From NCBI RefSeq assembly GCF_001194135.2, contig NC_068982.1:182823767-182861842 (forward strand): a stretch of DNA of 38,076 nt, in the 5' to 3' direction. Positions 1 to 10,399 of this stretch are shown in pieces. Position numbers and translations under genes: made by a program. The first letter of the stretch is position 1, and each line of letters starts with the position of its first letter. Below the pieces are notes generated by a model. The model searched no databases. It was given only the letters and a program-made list of their open reading frames with translations, and was not told the origin of the DNA. This DNA comes from Octopus bimaculoides. Its lineage: Eukaryota.

Positions 1-769
1 ATATATGTATATATATTTATATATATATAAACACTCTGTTATTAGACACAAATCTCTCTCTTTTGATTGCTAAGCTATTAACTTTCTATGAAGGAAAAAA
101 TCATATACAAAAGACAAACATACATTGCATGAAGTTCTTCCAGACTGTAATTATTTTCCATGTATAAGAAATGGCTCGCTTCAGGAAATTTTTAATTGAT
201 ATATTTCAGGCTATGCCATGCTGATGATTTTTAAAATGAATGTAATAGTGCGATATATAATTACCACAGACTAGAAATTTTAAGAATGTCGAAATAGGTA
301 AGCAGCAAAGACAAACAAATTAAATAGATGTATTCTGTGCATCGTTTCCCTTATTCCTAAATATTAGGTAGATATGATTATCTCCCTTGTAATAAATAAC
401 CGTTAGGGAACAACACACGCAAATACATATTAGATAAACACTATTATAATGATTTAATTCCTACAATTCACCAGTGCATCCAAGTGGAGCTCACTGTTGG
501 ATGTTTCAAGTGCATCTGGATGGCTAACTGCAATGGATTCTCAGGGAAATACTTTATTGCATTATTTTACAAAAATCAAATATCTCTGCAATGATGAAAC
601 GTACGTAGGAACTAAATATTGGAGTTCATCTTTATTTCCAACTAGTAAACTTTATAGAGCATAATCAGTTACTGCTATGAGTGGTTGGTTAAATATTATA
701 CTGGAAACCGCCTCGATAATGATAATCTACGTGAAGCTCTAACTCATACAGTAGTAGTCCGAAACCTAA

Positions 770-949
770 CTATACACAGACATTGTTTTTTCATTCTCTT
801 TCGTTCTTTTTCCTCTTAATCTTTTCTGTTGGAGAGCGTAGGCTCGAATCGTAAAACAATTTTCCATTCATCCCGAGCGTTAACCTGATACCTGCTCGTT
901 GTTCTTACACCTGTCGTCGTCTTTTGTTTTCTGTAAATTTGAATAATTT
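770..949 (+). mobile_element. Pyrimidine-rich repeat tail, probably a Penelope-like element 3' end, with a degenerate hammerhead-like motif at 826-852
   Basis: Alignable by eye to 28215-28395 (ttctgtt..gagcgtaggctcgaa..cgtaaaa...cccgagcgt.aa...acacctgtc.tcgtcttttg). It contains a GAGC-GTAG-GCTC hairpin followed by GAA. The PLE assignment is inferred from the motif layout. Confidence 0.45.
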
Positions 950-986
950 ATACATACATACATACATATATACATACATACATACA
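950..986. repeat. (TACA)n microsatellite at the 5' junction of the RLE LINE fragment
   Basis: tacatacatacatacatatatatacatacacatacaa is directly visible. Confidence 0.9.
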
Positions 987-987
987 A

Positions 988-1555
988 CATGACGTTGTAG
1001 CTAGAACACTCTGTAGTGAAATCTGTCGGAAGGATAATCCCGAGGACAAAGAAATAAAAACCCACAATATGGTAGAAGCCAAAGCCACTCATAATAAGAG
1101 GGAATATTGGTGGAATGTACCAGTGAAGACCTCAATAAAATGTAAGTGCAACAGACCTGATATTATGATTTGGGATAGAGAAGAGAAACTGCGTACAGTT
1201 GTGGAAATTAGCTGTCCAGCGGATGTTAACATAAAGCTGAAGATCAGTGAAAAAGAGAAAACCTATGCTGAACTATTGAGAAATCTGTAGTTACTCTATC
1301 CAGGTTACATATTTCAGGTTTATACTTGTAATTATTGGGGCCCTGGGATATGTAACACACTGCCTAAATACCAATCTTGAGAAATTAGGCTTCTCAAAAC
1401 CAGAAAGGAGACCGCTAATTCGACGGCTACAGATCCAATCCGTCACTGGAACTATAAAAATCTGGAAAATTTTCCAGAAGTTTATCATTTAAATATATAT
1501 GAGCATGTCTAGACATGTAACTCTATGCATGATAATACATAAAACATACAAATCT
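988..1555 (+). mobile_element. 5'-truncated R4/Dong-like non-LTR retrotransposon, restriction-like endonuclease (RLE) C-terminus, pseudogenised; the 3' UTR may extend to ~1705
   Basis: Frame from 988 reads HDVVARTL...NRPDIMIWDREEKLRTVVEISCPADVN...EKEKTYAELLRNL*LLYPGY. After a frameshift it reads FILVIIGALGYVTHCLNTNLEKLGFS...LQIQSVTGTIKIWKIFQKFII* (stop 1490-1492). These match the RHDxVA zinc-knuckle end, the PD-(D/E)xK RLE core and the IIGALG/GT..I motifs of RLE-clade LINEs. Confidence 0.8.
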
Positions 1556-1876
1556 GCACATACATACATACATACATAGATACATACATACACAAATACC
1601 CTGTTGTTGATGTTGAAATTCCAATGAAGGAAGCTTGGATCTAGGTTAGAAACGGATTCTTTCTCTATTGGCAAGAAATCTTGAAATAAACTGAATAATG
1701 ACGTACGTTAAAAAACATATACGTACTCTACCGATTTTCCGTTTTCTGGCAAGTGGTGTTAGAGCAACGCTTTTAAAACAGAAATAATTATGAACGCAAA
1801 CTTGAACTGGCCACGATATAACATACTATATTACATACTGCTCATATACAGCCGTGTATGTCATGCGCATATATCT

Positions 1877-2251
1877 TCAAAACCAAGATAATGTAATAGC
1901 AACTCCAATGATATAAGGAAACTGCTTCCCTATGCTGTTTACATGTAGCCTTTGCTGTGCCTTCCAAAAACTGTTTGTAAATGATAATTCAAAGAATAAA
2001 CATAACTGTGAAGAGTATATCAAGAGACTATTTAGTCTCACTGCCAAAAAATACGCCGATTCATCATGAGGTGGAAAAAGAAATTCCATATATTTTATGG
2101 TTTTACTTCAAAAGAGGATCGTTCGATTACGACCCAGGCTTTGGAAGTTTATGGTGTGATGTTATATTAAGTTTTAAGTATACCGAGCCTTCGTATTGCC
2201 ATTACGGCTGTGGAGTAGGGATAGTGTTTCCATGTTCCTAATATGTTTCTA
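1877..2251 (-). other. Possible downstream exon(s) of the minus-strand candidate gene; boundaries unresolved
   Basis: Acceptors at 2251 (catttttgctttttcag), 2105 and 2005 (ctcttcacag) and a donor at 2041 (gtgaga). Several phase-compatible readings exist (e.g. G-RNILGTWKHYPYSTA, G-KTIKYMEFLFPPHDESAYFLA, or a terminal ...FPYIIGVAITLSWF*). I cannot choose between them by eye. Confidence 0.2.
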
Positions 2252-3039
2252 CTGAAAAAGCAAAAATGTTTTTCCAAAGATTTACTCGCTATAAAGGAAG
2301 CGACCATCACCTTGGATTTTACTCTGTACTATATTCATGTCATATCCGTAGTCCGGTAAATTAATAGTCTCTCACAACAGTCGAAATAGGGATGCCAGAT
2401 AACGAGTTAATCGTGGAATTGAAATTTCGTGTAAATATCTGTGTGTGTATAAGTGTGTGCGTGCACATATGTGTGTATATTTGTCTGTGCTTATTAACAA
2501 TTATACATACAATACAAGCAAAATTTTACCAAAGTGAAGGCATACACACACACACACATACATACATACACACATGCACACCCACTGACACATACAAAAC
2601 ATTTACACACGTGTATAATCGATACACAGATGTATATATGTATAAATCGTATGTGTTTGCACGCATATTCAAACCTCTACAAACACACACGTACTCATAC
2701 ACACAGCACTCACACAAACTTAAACATATATATTTGTGTGTATATATACATATATTCATACATACACGTATTGTAGGTGTCAATATTGATATGTTAGTAT
2801 AAATATATGAAAGTTGTGCTTGTTTAGGTTGTTTATAGTTCCTCTTCAATAAGTATGGGAGGAACTTCAATGACTTCTCTGTCGATTTAATATTTAATTA
2901 AAGAAACACCAAACCAAAACTCTTTCATATATTTCTGAAATGGTTATTTGACACGAAGTAAATGTATTTATTTGCTTTGCAAAATAAGAATCGATACATA
3001 CACTAACACTCACACACAAGCGTACACATAAATATATAT

Positions 3040-3322
<283 letters not shown>

Positions 3323-3786
3323 GAGGTAATGAGTATGTTTGTGGGTGGGTGTGAATAATCCAGTTAAATTGTGTATTTGTGTGGGTACGAATTTCTATAT
3401 GTCAGAATTGTGTTTCATGTTATAATATTTTTCCCCTCTGGTAGTGTTTGTTATATTATTCTCGTAGTTTCAAAAATTTTTGTTGATGTATTTGTTGCTT
3501 TTGTGTATGGCGGGTACACATTATTGCTGCTATTGTCTCTATTGTGTATTTTTGTTTTTCGTAGTAAATTGATGTAAGTTATCATTGCGATAGATAGGAT
3601 ATTGTGTTTGGCAACGATCTCAGACGCGTTTCTACAAAACTGGTTACATCTAGTGCAGGGCCTTTCAGTGGTGGGTGGGGCAGAGGTGGACTTGTGTATG
3701 TCAAGACGTTTCTAGCGGTTCATGCGACCAGTTAAAAGCTCTCTCATAGATTTGTGTCTGGTATTATATAGTTTGATGGCAGTGTA

Positions 3787-3905
3787 GTGCACAAGGCCCG
3801 AAATTTTGAAGGAGAGAGCCAGTCGATTAGATTGATTCCAGTACACAACTGGTACTTAATTTATCGAACCAGAAAGGATGAAAGGCAAAGTCGACCTCGG
3901 TGAAA
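3787..3905 (-). mobile_element. tRNA-derived SINE (family A), partial copy lacking the head
   Basis: gcacaaggcccgaaatttt...ccagtcgattagat...ggtacttaatttatcga...aaaggatgaaaggcaaagtcgacctcgg matches the copies at 3914-4153 and 27919-28130. Confidence 0.85.
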
Positions 3906-3913
3906 TTAAATAT

Positions 3914-4153
3914 TCTTTTTTTACTAGAGCAAAAGGCCCGAAATTTTGGGTGGGGCCAGTCGATTAGATCGACCCCAGTACGCAACTGCTACTTAATTTA
4001 TCGACCCACGAAAGGATGAAAGGCAAAGTCGACCTCGGCGGAATTTGAACTCAAAGTTGACCTCGGTGGAATTTGAAATCAGAACGTAAAGACAGACGAA
4101 ATACTGCTAAGCATTTCACCCGGCGTGCTAACATTTCTGCCCCCTCGCCGCCT
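3914..4153 (-). mobile_element. tRNA-derived SINE (family A), full length, with an internal 28-bp tandem duplication over the B-box
   Basis: The reverse complement begins aggcggcgag..ggcagaaatgttagcacgccggg (A-box-like head) and contains gagttcaaattcc (B-box). The central gcctttcatcctttcg.ggtcgataaattaagta resembles the Meta/MESC SINE domain (from memory). 4024-4051 is repeated at 4052-4079. Confidence 0.9.
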
Positions 4154-4386
4154 TGAGAGAACGAAATATTACAACCGCCTCTCACCTATACTACACTACA
4201 CTGAGTGGGGCTTCAAGAGCGCCGGAACTATGAAAATGATAGCATATCATTGTCAGACACGGCTGATGCCTCGACTACCGCAATGAAAGATCTGTTGTTT
4301 GGTTGTGACTCCCACTTGTTTGAGTCGTGATGCGCGCTGAATTCATAATATAGTGAAAGAAAGCTAAGTCGTTCGGCTAGCCTCAC

Positions 4387-4582
4387 CCATCCTCTTTGAC
4401 GTTTTGAGTTAGTGGTAAAGCGAGGTGACCTACTGGAATGACAATGGAGACTGAAATATTTGCTGAAATATTTGCTGCAATATTTGCTGTGACGTAACTG
4501 GATATTGTCATCCTGTCCTTTGAAAATTGGCTACTAATTGAGGGTTTAACTACACAATTTCTTACAAATTCAGTTATCATAT
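4387..4582 (-). CDS. Candidate internal exon (196 nt, phase 1 to 2) of an unidentified extracellular-type protein
   Basis: Acceptor tcttgcag and donor GG|gtgagg. The exon is fully open: (D)MITEFVRNCVVKPSISSQFSKDRMTISSYVTANIAANISANISVSIVIPVGHLALPLTQNVKED(G). It contains an in-frame 12-nt triple repeat (ANIA/ANIS/ANIS). Confidence 0.55.
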
Positions 4583-4643
4583 CTGCAAGATGGGTTAAAA
4601 GCCCTTCAAAAATTTGATGAAGAGTTTAATCCTTGTCAGTTAC

Positions 4644-4751
4644 CACCTGGTTTAACTTTCCTGCCTGTGAGATTCGCACAGCCACATGTAGACAAGTTAA
4701 TTGGGGAGCAGCTGAAAGAAACCATAGAGCATCCAGTGCAAACGAGATGTA
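4644..4751 (-). CDS. Candidate internal exon (108 nt, phase 1 to 1), Cys-rich
   Basis: Acceptor ctactaatttcgtttcag (with a ctaat branch-like motif) and donor gtaact (alternative donor 3 nt earlier, same phase). Reads HLVCTGCSMVSFSCSPINLSTCGCANLTGRKVKPG and joins in frame to 4582 across a 61-nt intron. Confidence 0.55.
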
Positions 4752-4880
4752 CTGAAACGAAATTAGTAGTTTTTTTTCTGACTTGACATACTTTCAAGAA
4801 CAGTATAGTGAGATGATATAATGGTATGCTACACTCACTATACTACACCACACTGCATTACCACCTATACTACTATTTGT

Positions 4881-4996
4881 TTTATCTTTGATTTGTTTCA
4901 GCCATTAGACCGTGGCCATGCCGGGGAACCGGCTTGAAGAATTTTAGTTTTACGGGGACGTAAAAATACCACCACCGGTTGTCAAGTGGTGGTACA

Positions 4997-5030
<34 letters not shown>
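4881..5030 (-). mobile_element. SINE (family B) 3' half, internally deleted
   Basis: gtttcagccattagaccgtggccatgc...ttacggggacgtaaa..acc.ccaccggttgtcaag; the same tail occurs at 35796-35995 and 37598-37765. Confidence 0.65.
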
Positions 5031-5038
<8 letters not shown>

Positions 5039-5530
5039 NNNNNNNNNNNNNNNNNNNNNNNNNNNNNNNNNNNNNNNNNNNNNNNNNNNNNNNNNNNNNN
5101 NNNNNNNNNNNNNNNNNNNNNNNNNNNNNNNNNNNNNNNNNNNNNNNNNNNNNNNNNNNNNNNNNNNNNNNNNNNNNNNNNNNNNNNNNNNNNNNNNNNN
5201 NNNNNNNNNNNNNNNNNNNNNNNNNNNNNNNNNNNNNNNNNNNNNNNNNNNNNNNNNNNNNNNNNNNNNNNNNNNNNNNNNNNNNNNNNNNNNNNNNNNN
5301 NNNNNNNNNNNNNNNNNNNNNNNNNNNNNNNNNNNNNNNNNNNNNNNNNNNNNNNNNNNNNNNNNNNNNNNNNNNNNNNNNNNNNNNNNNNNNNNNNNNN
5401 NNNNNNNNNNNNNNNNNNNNNNNNNNNNNNNNNNNNNNNNNNNNNNNNNNNNNNNNNNNNNNNNNNNNNNNNNNNNNNNNNNNNNNNNNNNNNNNNNNNN
5501 NNNNNNNNNNATATATATATATATATATAT

Positions 5531-6396
5531 AACACAATATGCTTTTATCTACTATTGTTAGTTTCGTGAGGTGAGAGTATGCCAAACAGTGTTTTTAACA
5601 CGTCTGGTGTCCGAGCGCAATCATCAGACACTAACCACAGGGAATAAAAAACTAAAACTGCGACGATAGGATGAAAGAGAAAGTAAGAAAAGGCGAGAAA
5701 GAAGTAGATATAAAAGGTGGAAGGTTGAAAAATCCGGAAAACGAAAAAGAAATCAGGAAGTAACAAAAGGGGGAATTAAAGTTATTCTCCCTTGGACCAT
5801 AAAATATAAGGCTGAAAAGATAGTGGCCTAGAGTCTGCAGTACAGTTATTCAATCCAAAGAGAGAGGCACTTGGAATTTCGGCAACAGGAAATTTGCCAT
5901 ATGCTTGCAACCGATGAAAATTTCGGTTCTAGAACTCAGCAGTCAATTAGAGTTCTTAGATCTGAAAAGGATCGGGGTTCTTTCAGCTACGCATAGCTTA
6001 CATTTGTTTGATCCGTTTACATATAGTGTGGGTTTTCGTCTATTGTCCTCCTTATCGCATGTGGTGTGCCGTTCGATTTCACACCCCATACATGGCTAAC
6101 CAACTTAGGAGGTTTACTTGTTCCTGTGTCGGAAAGAAGATATGTGATTAGCATAGCGATTTTTGAACTTGCCTTTACATCGTCCGATATAGCTATTTTT
6201 ATCGGTTGTATCATTATCTAGCATTGCTGTAACTTCTGCCTCATATATGACGGATTGTATCATACAACCCTGGTCGAGTGAACAGGTCCCTGAGTCTCGA
6301 CAGTTATAACTGGGTGTGGACACTCGGTGTTGGTCTCATGTAATGATACTCTTCATATTGGGGCAGAAACTATACTGTAATTTCACTGATCTTCAG
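5531..6396 (-). mobile_element. Penelope-like retroelement 3' portion: GIY-YIG endonuclease region (disrupted), 3' UTR and terminal hammerhead motif
   Basis: Minus strand reads VKLQYSFCPNMKSIIT*...CRDSGTCSLDQGCMIQSVIYEAEVT...KNSYIGRCKGKFKNRYANHISSFRH..KLVSHVWGVK. These are the CxC..CPL..C / VIY / YIG..F.RY.NH..SF motifs of PLE GIY-YIG domains, with stops and frameshifts. Confidence 0.8.
5546..5632 (-). ncRNA. Hammerhead-ribozyme-like motif at the PLE terminus
   Basis: CUGAUGA (5627-5621), a long insert with internal hairpin CCAGAC-GUGUU-AAA-AACAC-U-GUUUGG, GAAA (5565-5562), stem III ACUA-acaa-UAGU and a GUA cleavage triplet (5552-5550). Stem I is weak. Confidence 0.5.
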
Positions 6397-6490
6397 TTAA
6401 GCATTTTCCTGTACCTGTGATTTTCTGGAAAATGTTTGTATAGGAGAGGCAGGTACCTTTTGCCTATGTTAGGTACAGGAAAATATTTAA
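6397..6490. mobile_element. ~86-bp hairpin / mini-TIR element flanked by TTAA
   Basis: attttcctgtacct (6403-6416) is the exact reverse complement of aggtacaggaaaat (6471-6484). TTAA occurs at 6397-6400 and 6487-6490. Confidence 0.5.
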
Positions 6491-6589
6491 CAGGCGCTGG
6501 GGAGATCTGGTTGCTACTTTCAGCATGTCATGCGAATGTGAGTGTATTACTGACAACTTAATGTCGCATTTCAAAGACAGATGTAGTGT

Positions 6590-6686
6590 AATCGTTGTTG
6601 ATGTTGTTGTTGTTGATGATGATAACTATGACGATGACGACGACGACGACGATGATGCTGATGGTGATGATGATGAAGAAGAAGAG
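6590..6686. repeat. Compound trinucleotide repeat (TTG/GAT/GAC/GAA)
   Basis: Directly visible. Confidence 0.9.
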
Positions 6687-7200
6687 GTATTTTTCCATAG
6701 TATGCGTGCTTTTGTTCGTGCACCTCGGTTGCGCATGCGTGTGTAGATTTTAGGGTTATAAACATGCCTGCATATTGTTTGGTGTGTAGTTTATGTTTTC
6801 AGTATATGTCCACATGTATCTGTATGCATGTCATGTTCAGAGTATGAAAAAAAGTTATATAACATAATTCTTACGTGCGTGTGTCCATGCAATTATGTTT
6901 CTATGCATTATGTATTAATCTATATATTACATTATATCTATATGAGTGCGTACGTATGTATATGTAGAGTAAGGAATAGAGTGGGTGTGTCAGCGTGTTT
7001 AGAAATACCAGTAGATTTTGTTTGTATATTTGCATGCATTTACACCAAATTTTTCTATGTAGGTGTAGATATATCTAAATACACTGGACAATGTGAGCAC
7101 ACAAGTGCCTATGAAAATGTGTTCTGTTTTTATATATGTTTCTGTATTTGCTTTTAGTTATGTTTATTTACAAACGCTACGATGCATGAGAAATCATATA

Positions 7201-7857
7201 TTACCCATAAGTGCTTCCCCAACACGCGAACCCTTAACAAGTCTGCCAATGTTACATACAACAGGCAGTTAGACTGAATAGCATAAGTACATTACTAATG
7301 GAAACCTCATTTGAAATCACAAAATATTCAGTAAAAGTCGGAAAGCTATTGTTCAGGGTAGGATTGAAACCGTAGTAATATACTTTAAAAAATATTTTTC
7401 TTATTTCATTTAAAATACAATTCCTTTATTGGTAACTTCTAAAACTCATTGAATAACACTGGAAGTCATGTCTCCTCATGTTCCCTATAGCTTACTATAC
7501 AAATTCGCTATATAAGAAAACATTAGTGAAGCTGTGAGATTCATGCCTTTAAAACTAGAAAACTAGCGATAGCACAGTTAAGAAACGGCGAGTAATCGAG
7601 AGTAGGAAACCATTTAATCTATCTCGGTTTCGTACGAAATTATATAACTCTACAACATTCAGAGGCACGTGGTTTTATCCTCTGAGATTTCAATGTTTAC
7701 CTGAACAATAGCGACCTGACATTTATTGAATATTTTCTGATTTCCAAAGCGTTTTCCATTAGTAATGTGCTTAGGCTATTCAGTGTAACTGCCTGTTGTA
7801 TGTGACATTGCAAAACTCGTTGTTAAGGTTCGCGTGTTATCGAAGCACTGAAGGTAA
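7201..7857. mobile_element. Foldback/MITE-like element with ~170-bp imperfect terminal inverted repeats
   Basis: 7201-~7372 aligns to the reverse complement of ~7687-7857, including exact blocks acatacaacaggcagtta (18 bp) and acattactaatggaaa (16 bp). The spacer is ~310 bp and non-coding. Confidence 0.75.
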
Positions 7858-7947
7858 GACATGACTTTTCATGTATTGTAGTAATTGTAAATAAATATTA
7901 CTAAAAGCAAACAGAAACATACACATAAGTACAAACAGTACGCACAC

Positions 7948-7980
<33 letters not shown>

Positions 7981-8020
7981 GCACAAACGCGAGCGGGCAC
8001 AAGTACATTGATGCAAGTGT

Positions 8021-8286
8021 ATATATATATATATATTAATATATAAACCCTTCCGCATACATGTACATGTATATATAAAGAAAACATGCAAGCACTTCTA
8101 ACGAACTAACACACAGACAGTTTTCGCAATTCTGCACCATATATGTACGTGTAAATATATATAATGTATATATATATATATTAATATATAAACCCTTCCG
8201 CATACATGTACATGTATATATAAAGAAAACATGCAAGCACTTCTAACGAACTAACACACAGACAGTTTTCGCAATTCTGCACCATA
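8021..8286. repeat. Identical ~120-bp direct duplication (period 145) abutting a gap; probably an assembly artefact
   Basis: 8021-8141 is the same as 8166-8286, and the second copy runs into Ns at 8287. Confidence 0.75.
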
Positions 8287-8582
8287 NNNNNNNNNNNNNN
8301 NNNNNNNNNNNNNNNNNNNNNNNNNNNNNNNNNNNNNNNNNNNNNNNNNNNNNNNNNNNNNNNNNNNNNNNNNNNNNNNNNNNNNNNNNNNNNNNNNNNN
8401 NNNNNNNNNNNNNNNNNNNNNNNNNNNNNNNNNNNNNNNNNNNNNNNNNNNNNNNNNNNNNNNNNNNNNNNNNNNNNNNNNNNNNNNNNNNNNNNNNNNN
8501 NNNNNNNNNNNNNNNNNNNNNNNNNNNNNNNNNNNNNNNNNNNNNNNNNNNNNNNNNNNNNNNNNNNNNNNNNNNNNNNNNN

Positions 8583-8920
8583 CGATTCCCAGACCGGGCG
8601 TTGTGAGTGTTTATTGAGCGAAAACACCTAAAGCTCCACGAGGCTCCGGCAGGGGATGGTGGCGAACCCTGCTGTACTCTTTCACCGCAACTTTCTCTCA
8701 CTCTTACTTCCTGTTTCTGTTGTGCCTGTAATTCAAAGGGTCAGCCTTGTCACACTGTGTCATGCTGAATATACCCGAGAACTACGTTAAGGGTACTCAT
8801 GTCTGTGGAGTGCTCAGCCACTTGCACGTTAATTTCACGAGCAGGCCGTTCCGTTGATCGGATCAACTGGAACCCTCGATGTCGTAAGCGTTGGAGTGCC
8901 AACAACAACAACAACAACAT
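8583..8920 (+). mobile_element. tRNA-derived SINE (family C1) ending in a (CAA)n tail; head partly lost in the gap
   Basis: Starts cgattcccagacc (B-box end) and ends ggagtgccaacaacaacaacaacaaca. Its 3' body is shared with 26915-27210. Confidence 0.7.
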
Positions 8921-9174
8921 CACTAGAAGTCTTTCCTTGTTCTTTTTCCTCCGGTCTGATATTACTTCTGGATTCTCTATGATATTAGTTTTGGTGTTGC
9001 TCTTCCTAGCCGTTCGTCCTTCTATTCCTATGCCTTTGAAAGAATTTGTTAGGGTTTCTTTCTCTGTCGGCTCTTCTCATACCACTCCCCCTTCTTCCCG
9101 TCCAAGCTACTATGGACTCAGTGCCAAGGCCCCTTCCGTTCTTAGTTATTTCTTCCCTATGATTTAGTTTCGGT

Positions 9175-9283
9175 TTGCTAGGATCTCCTTGGAAGTTGTA
9201 TAGTTTACTTGCATTATGTGCCGCAATTATTTGTGCCAGGTTATGGCTATTGGAGAAGGGGAGGCGCACATAATGTGTATTAG
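9175..9283 (-). mobile_element. Short Penelope-like element fragment (RT-endonuclease linker)
   Basis: NTHYVRLPFSNSHNLAQIIAAHNASKL resembles the VKLQYSFCPNMKSII motif seen at 6330-6385 and the PLE SYSCMPN...II..HN consensus. Confidence 0.45.
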
Positions 9284-9425
9284 ATATTCAAATTCCGCCG
9301 AGGTTCACTTTGTCATTCATCCTATCAGAGTCGATAAAATAAGTACCAGTCGAGTGATGGGGGTCGATGCAATCGACTTGCCCCTTTCCCCGAAATTGTT
9401 GGACTTGTGTCAAAATTTGAAACAT
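9284..9425 (+). mobile_element. SINE (family A-like) B-box and 3' part, diverged
   Basis: ttcaaattccgccgaggttcactttgtcattcatcctatcagagtcgataaaataagtaccagt...ggggtcgatgcaatcgact. Confidence 0.75.
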
Positions 9426-9642
9426 TTTAATATATATACTCCAGACATATTTTACCGTCCAGTAAAGACTACATGGAATTACCCATCCGAAGAATTCACG
9501 GGGTGACTAACAACTAATTGTAGACACAGACCATTGTATATTTCAGTCTGAAAATTTGGTTGGAAGTACACGACATGCAGATTGTTGTATTTTCACAGTG
9601 ACTCGAGCATGAATCCTATGTATATTATATGATACTCCTTAC

Positions 9643-9711
9643 TGGATAGGTTTTCTGGTTTGATACCACCAATATGGGAAGAGTAATTTATATACATATC
9701 CATGCCTCTGC
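9643..9711 (-). CDS. Candidate internal exon (69 nt, phase 1 to 1)
   Basis: Acceptor gcatgttcatacag and donor gtaagg. Reads (C)RGMDMYINYSSHIGGIKPENLS(I) and joins in frame to 4751. Confidence 0.45.
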
Positions 9712-9788
9712 CTGTATGAACATGCATTTATACATATGTATACGTGTATATATGCTTGTGCGCGTGTGTAAATATACATGTGTATGTA

Positions 9789-9844
<56 letters not shown>

Positions 9845-10399
9845 GTGTGTTTGTGCATTTATATATATATATATATAATGTGTTTGTATACATATGTATA
9901 TAAATATATGTGTTTGTGCATATATATATTTGCTACCCTATATGTATANNNNNNNNNNNNNNNNNNNNNNNNNNNNNNNNNNNNNNNNNNNNNNNNNNNN
10001 NNNNNNNNNNNNNNNNNNNNNNNNNNNNNNNNNNNNNNNNNNNNNNNNNTATATACAATTTTCACTACCAGTGACCCAGCATGTATAAAAAGTCAATAGA
10101 CGACATATTATTCAATATCAAATAGTGTACATTTAAACTCAAGAGAAATTACCGATAACAGGCAATGTCTACAGGCTAGGAGACAGTGAAAACGACCGAA
10201 AACCACAAAATTTAAGCAATTTCATGCGATGGATGTCACTGGTGTCCGACAACTTCAATTTTTTCCTGATTGAATAGATTCTTTATGTTAATGGCATTGA
10301 TGAATGAGAACACTTTTTTCTGACGTAAAATAGGTAGAGACAAACATGGCATGAAAGTGTTGGTGGAGGATCTTTCGATTGTTGCATCTTGCGTTCCTT

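Noticed and set aside
1981-2241. 86-aa plus-strand ORF as a gene
   Set aside because: It is bounded by stops, has no recognisable motif, and overlaps better minus-strand splice signals.
8021-8286. Identical tandem duplication as a biological repeat
   Set aside because: It is 100% identical and ends in a scaffold gap, typical of an unmerged contig overlap.
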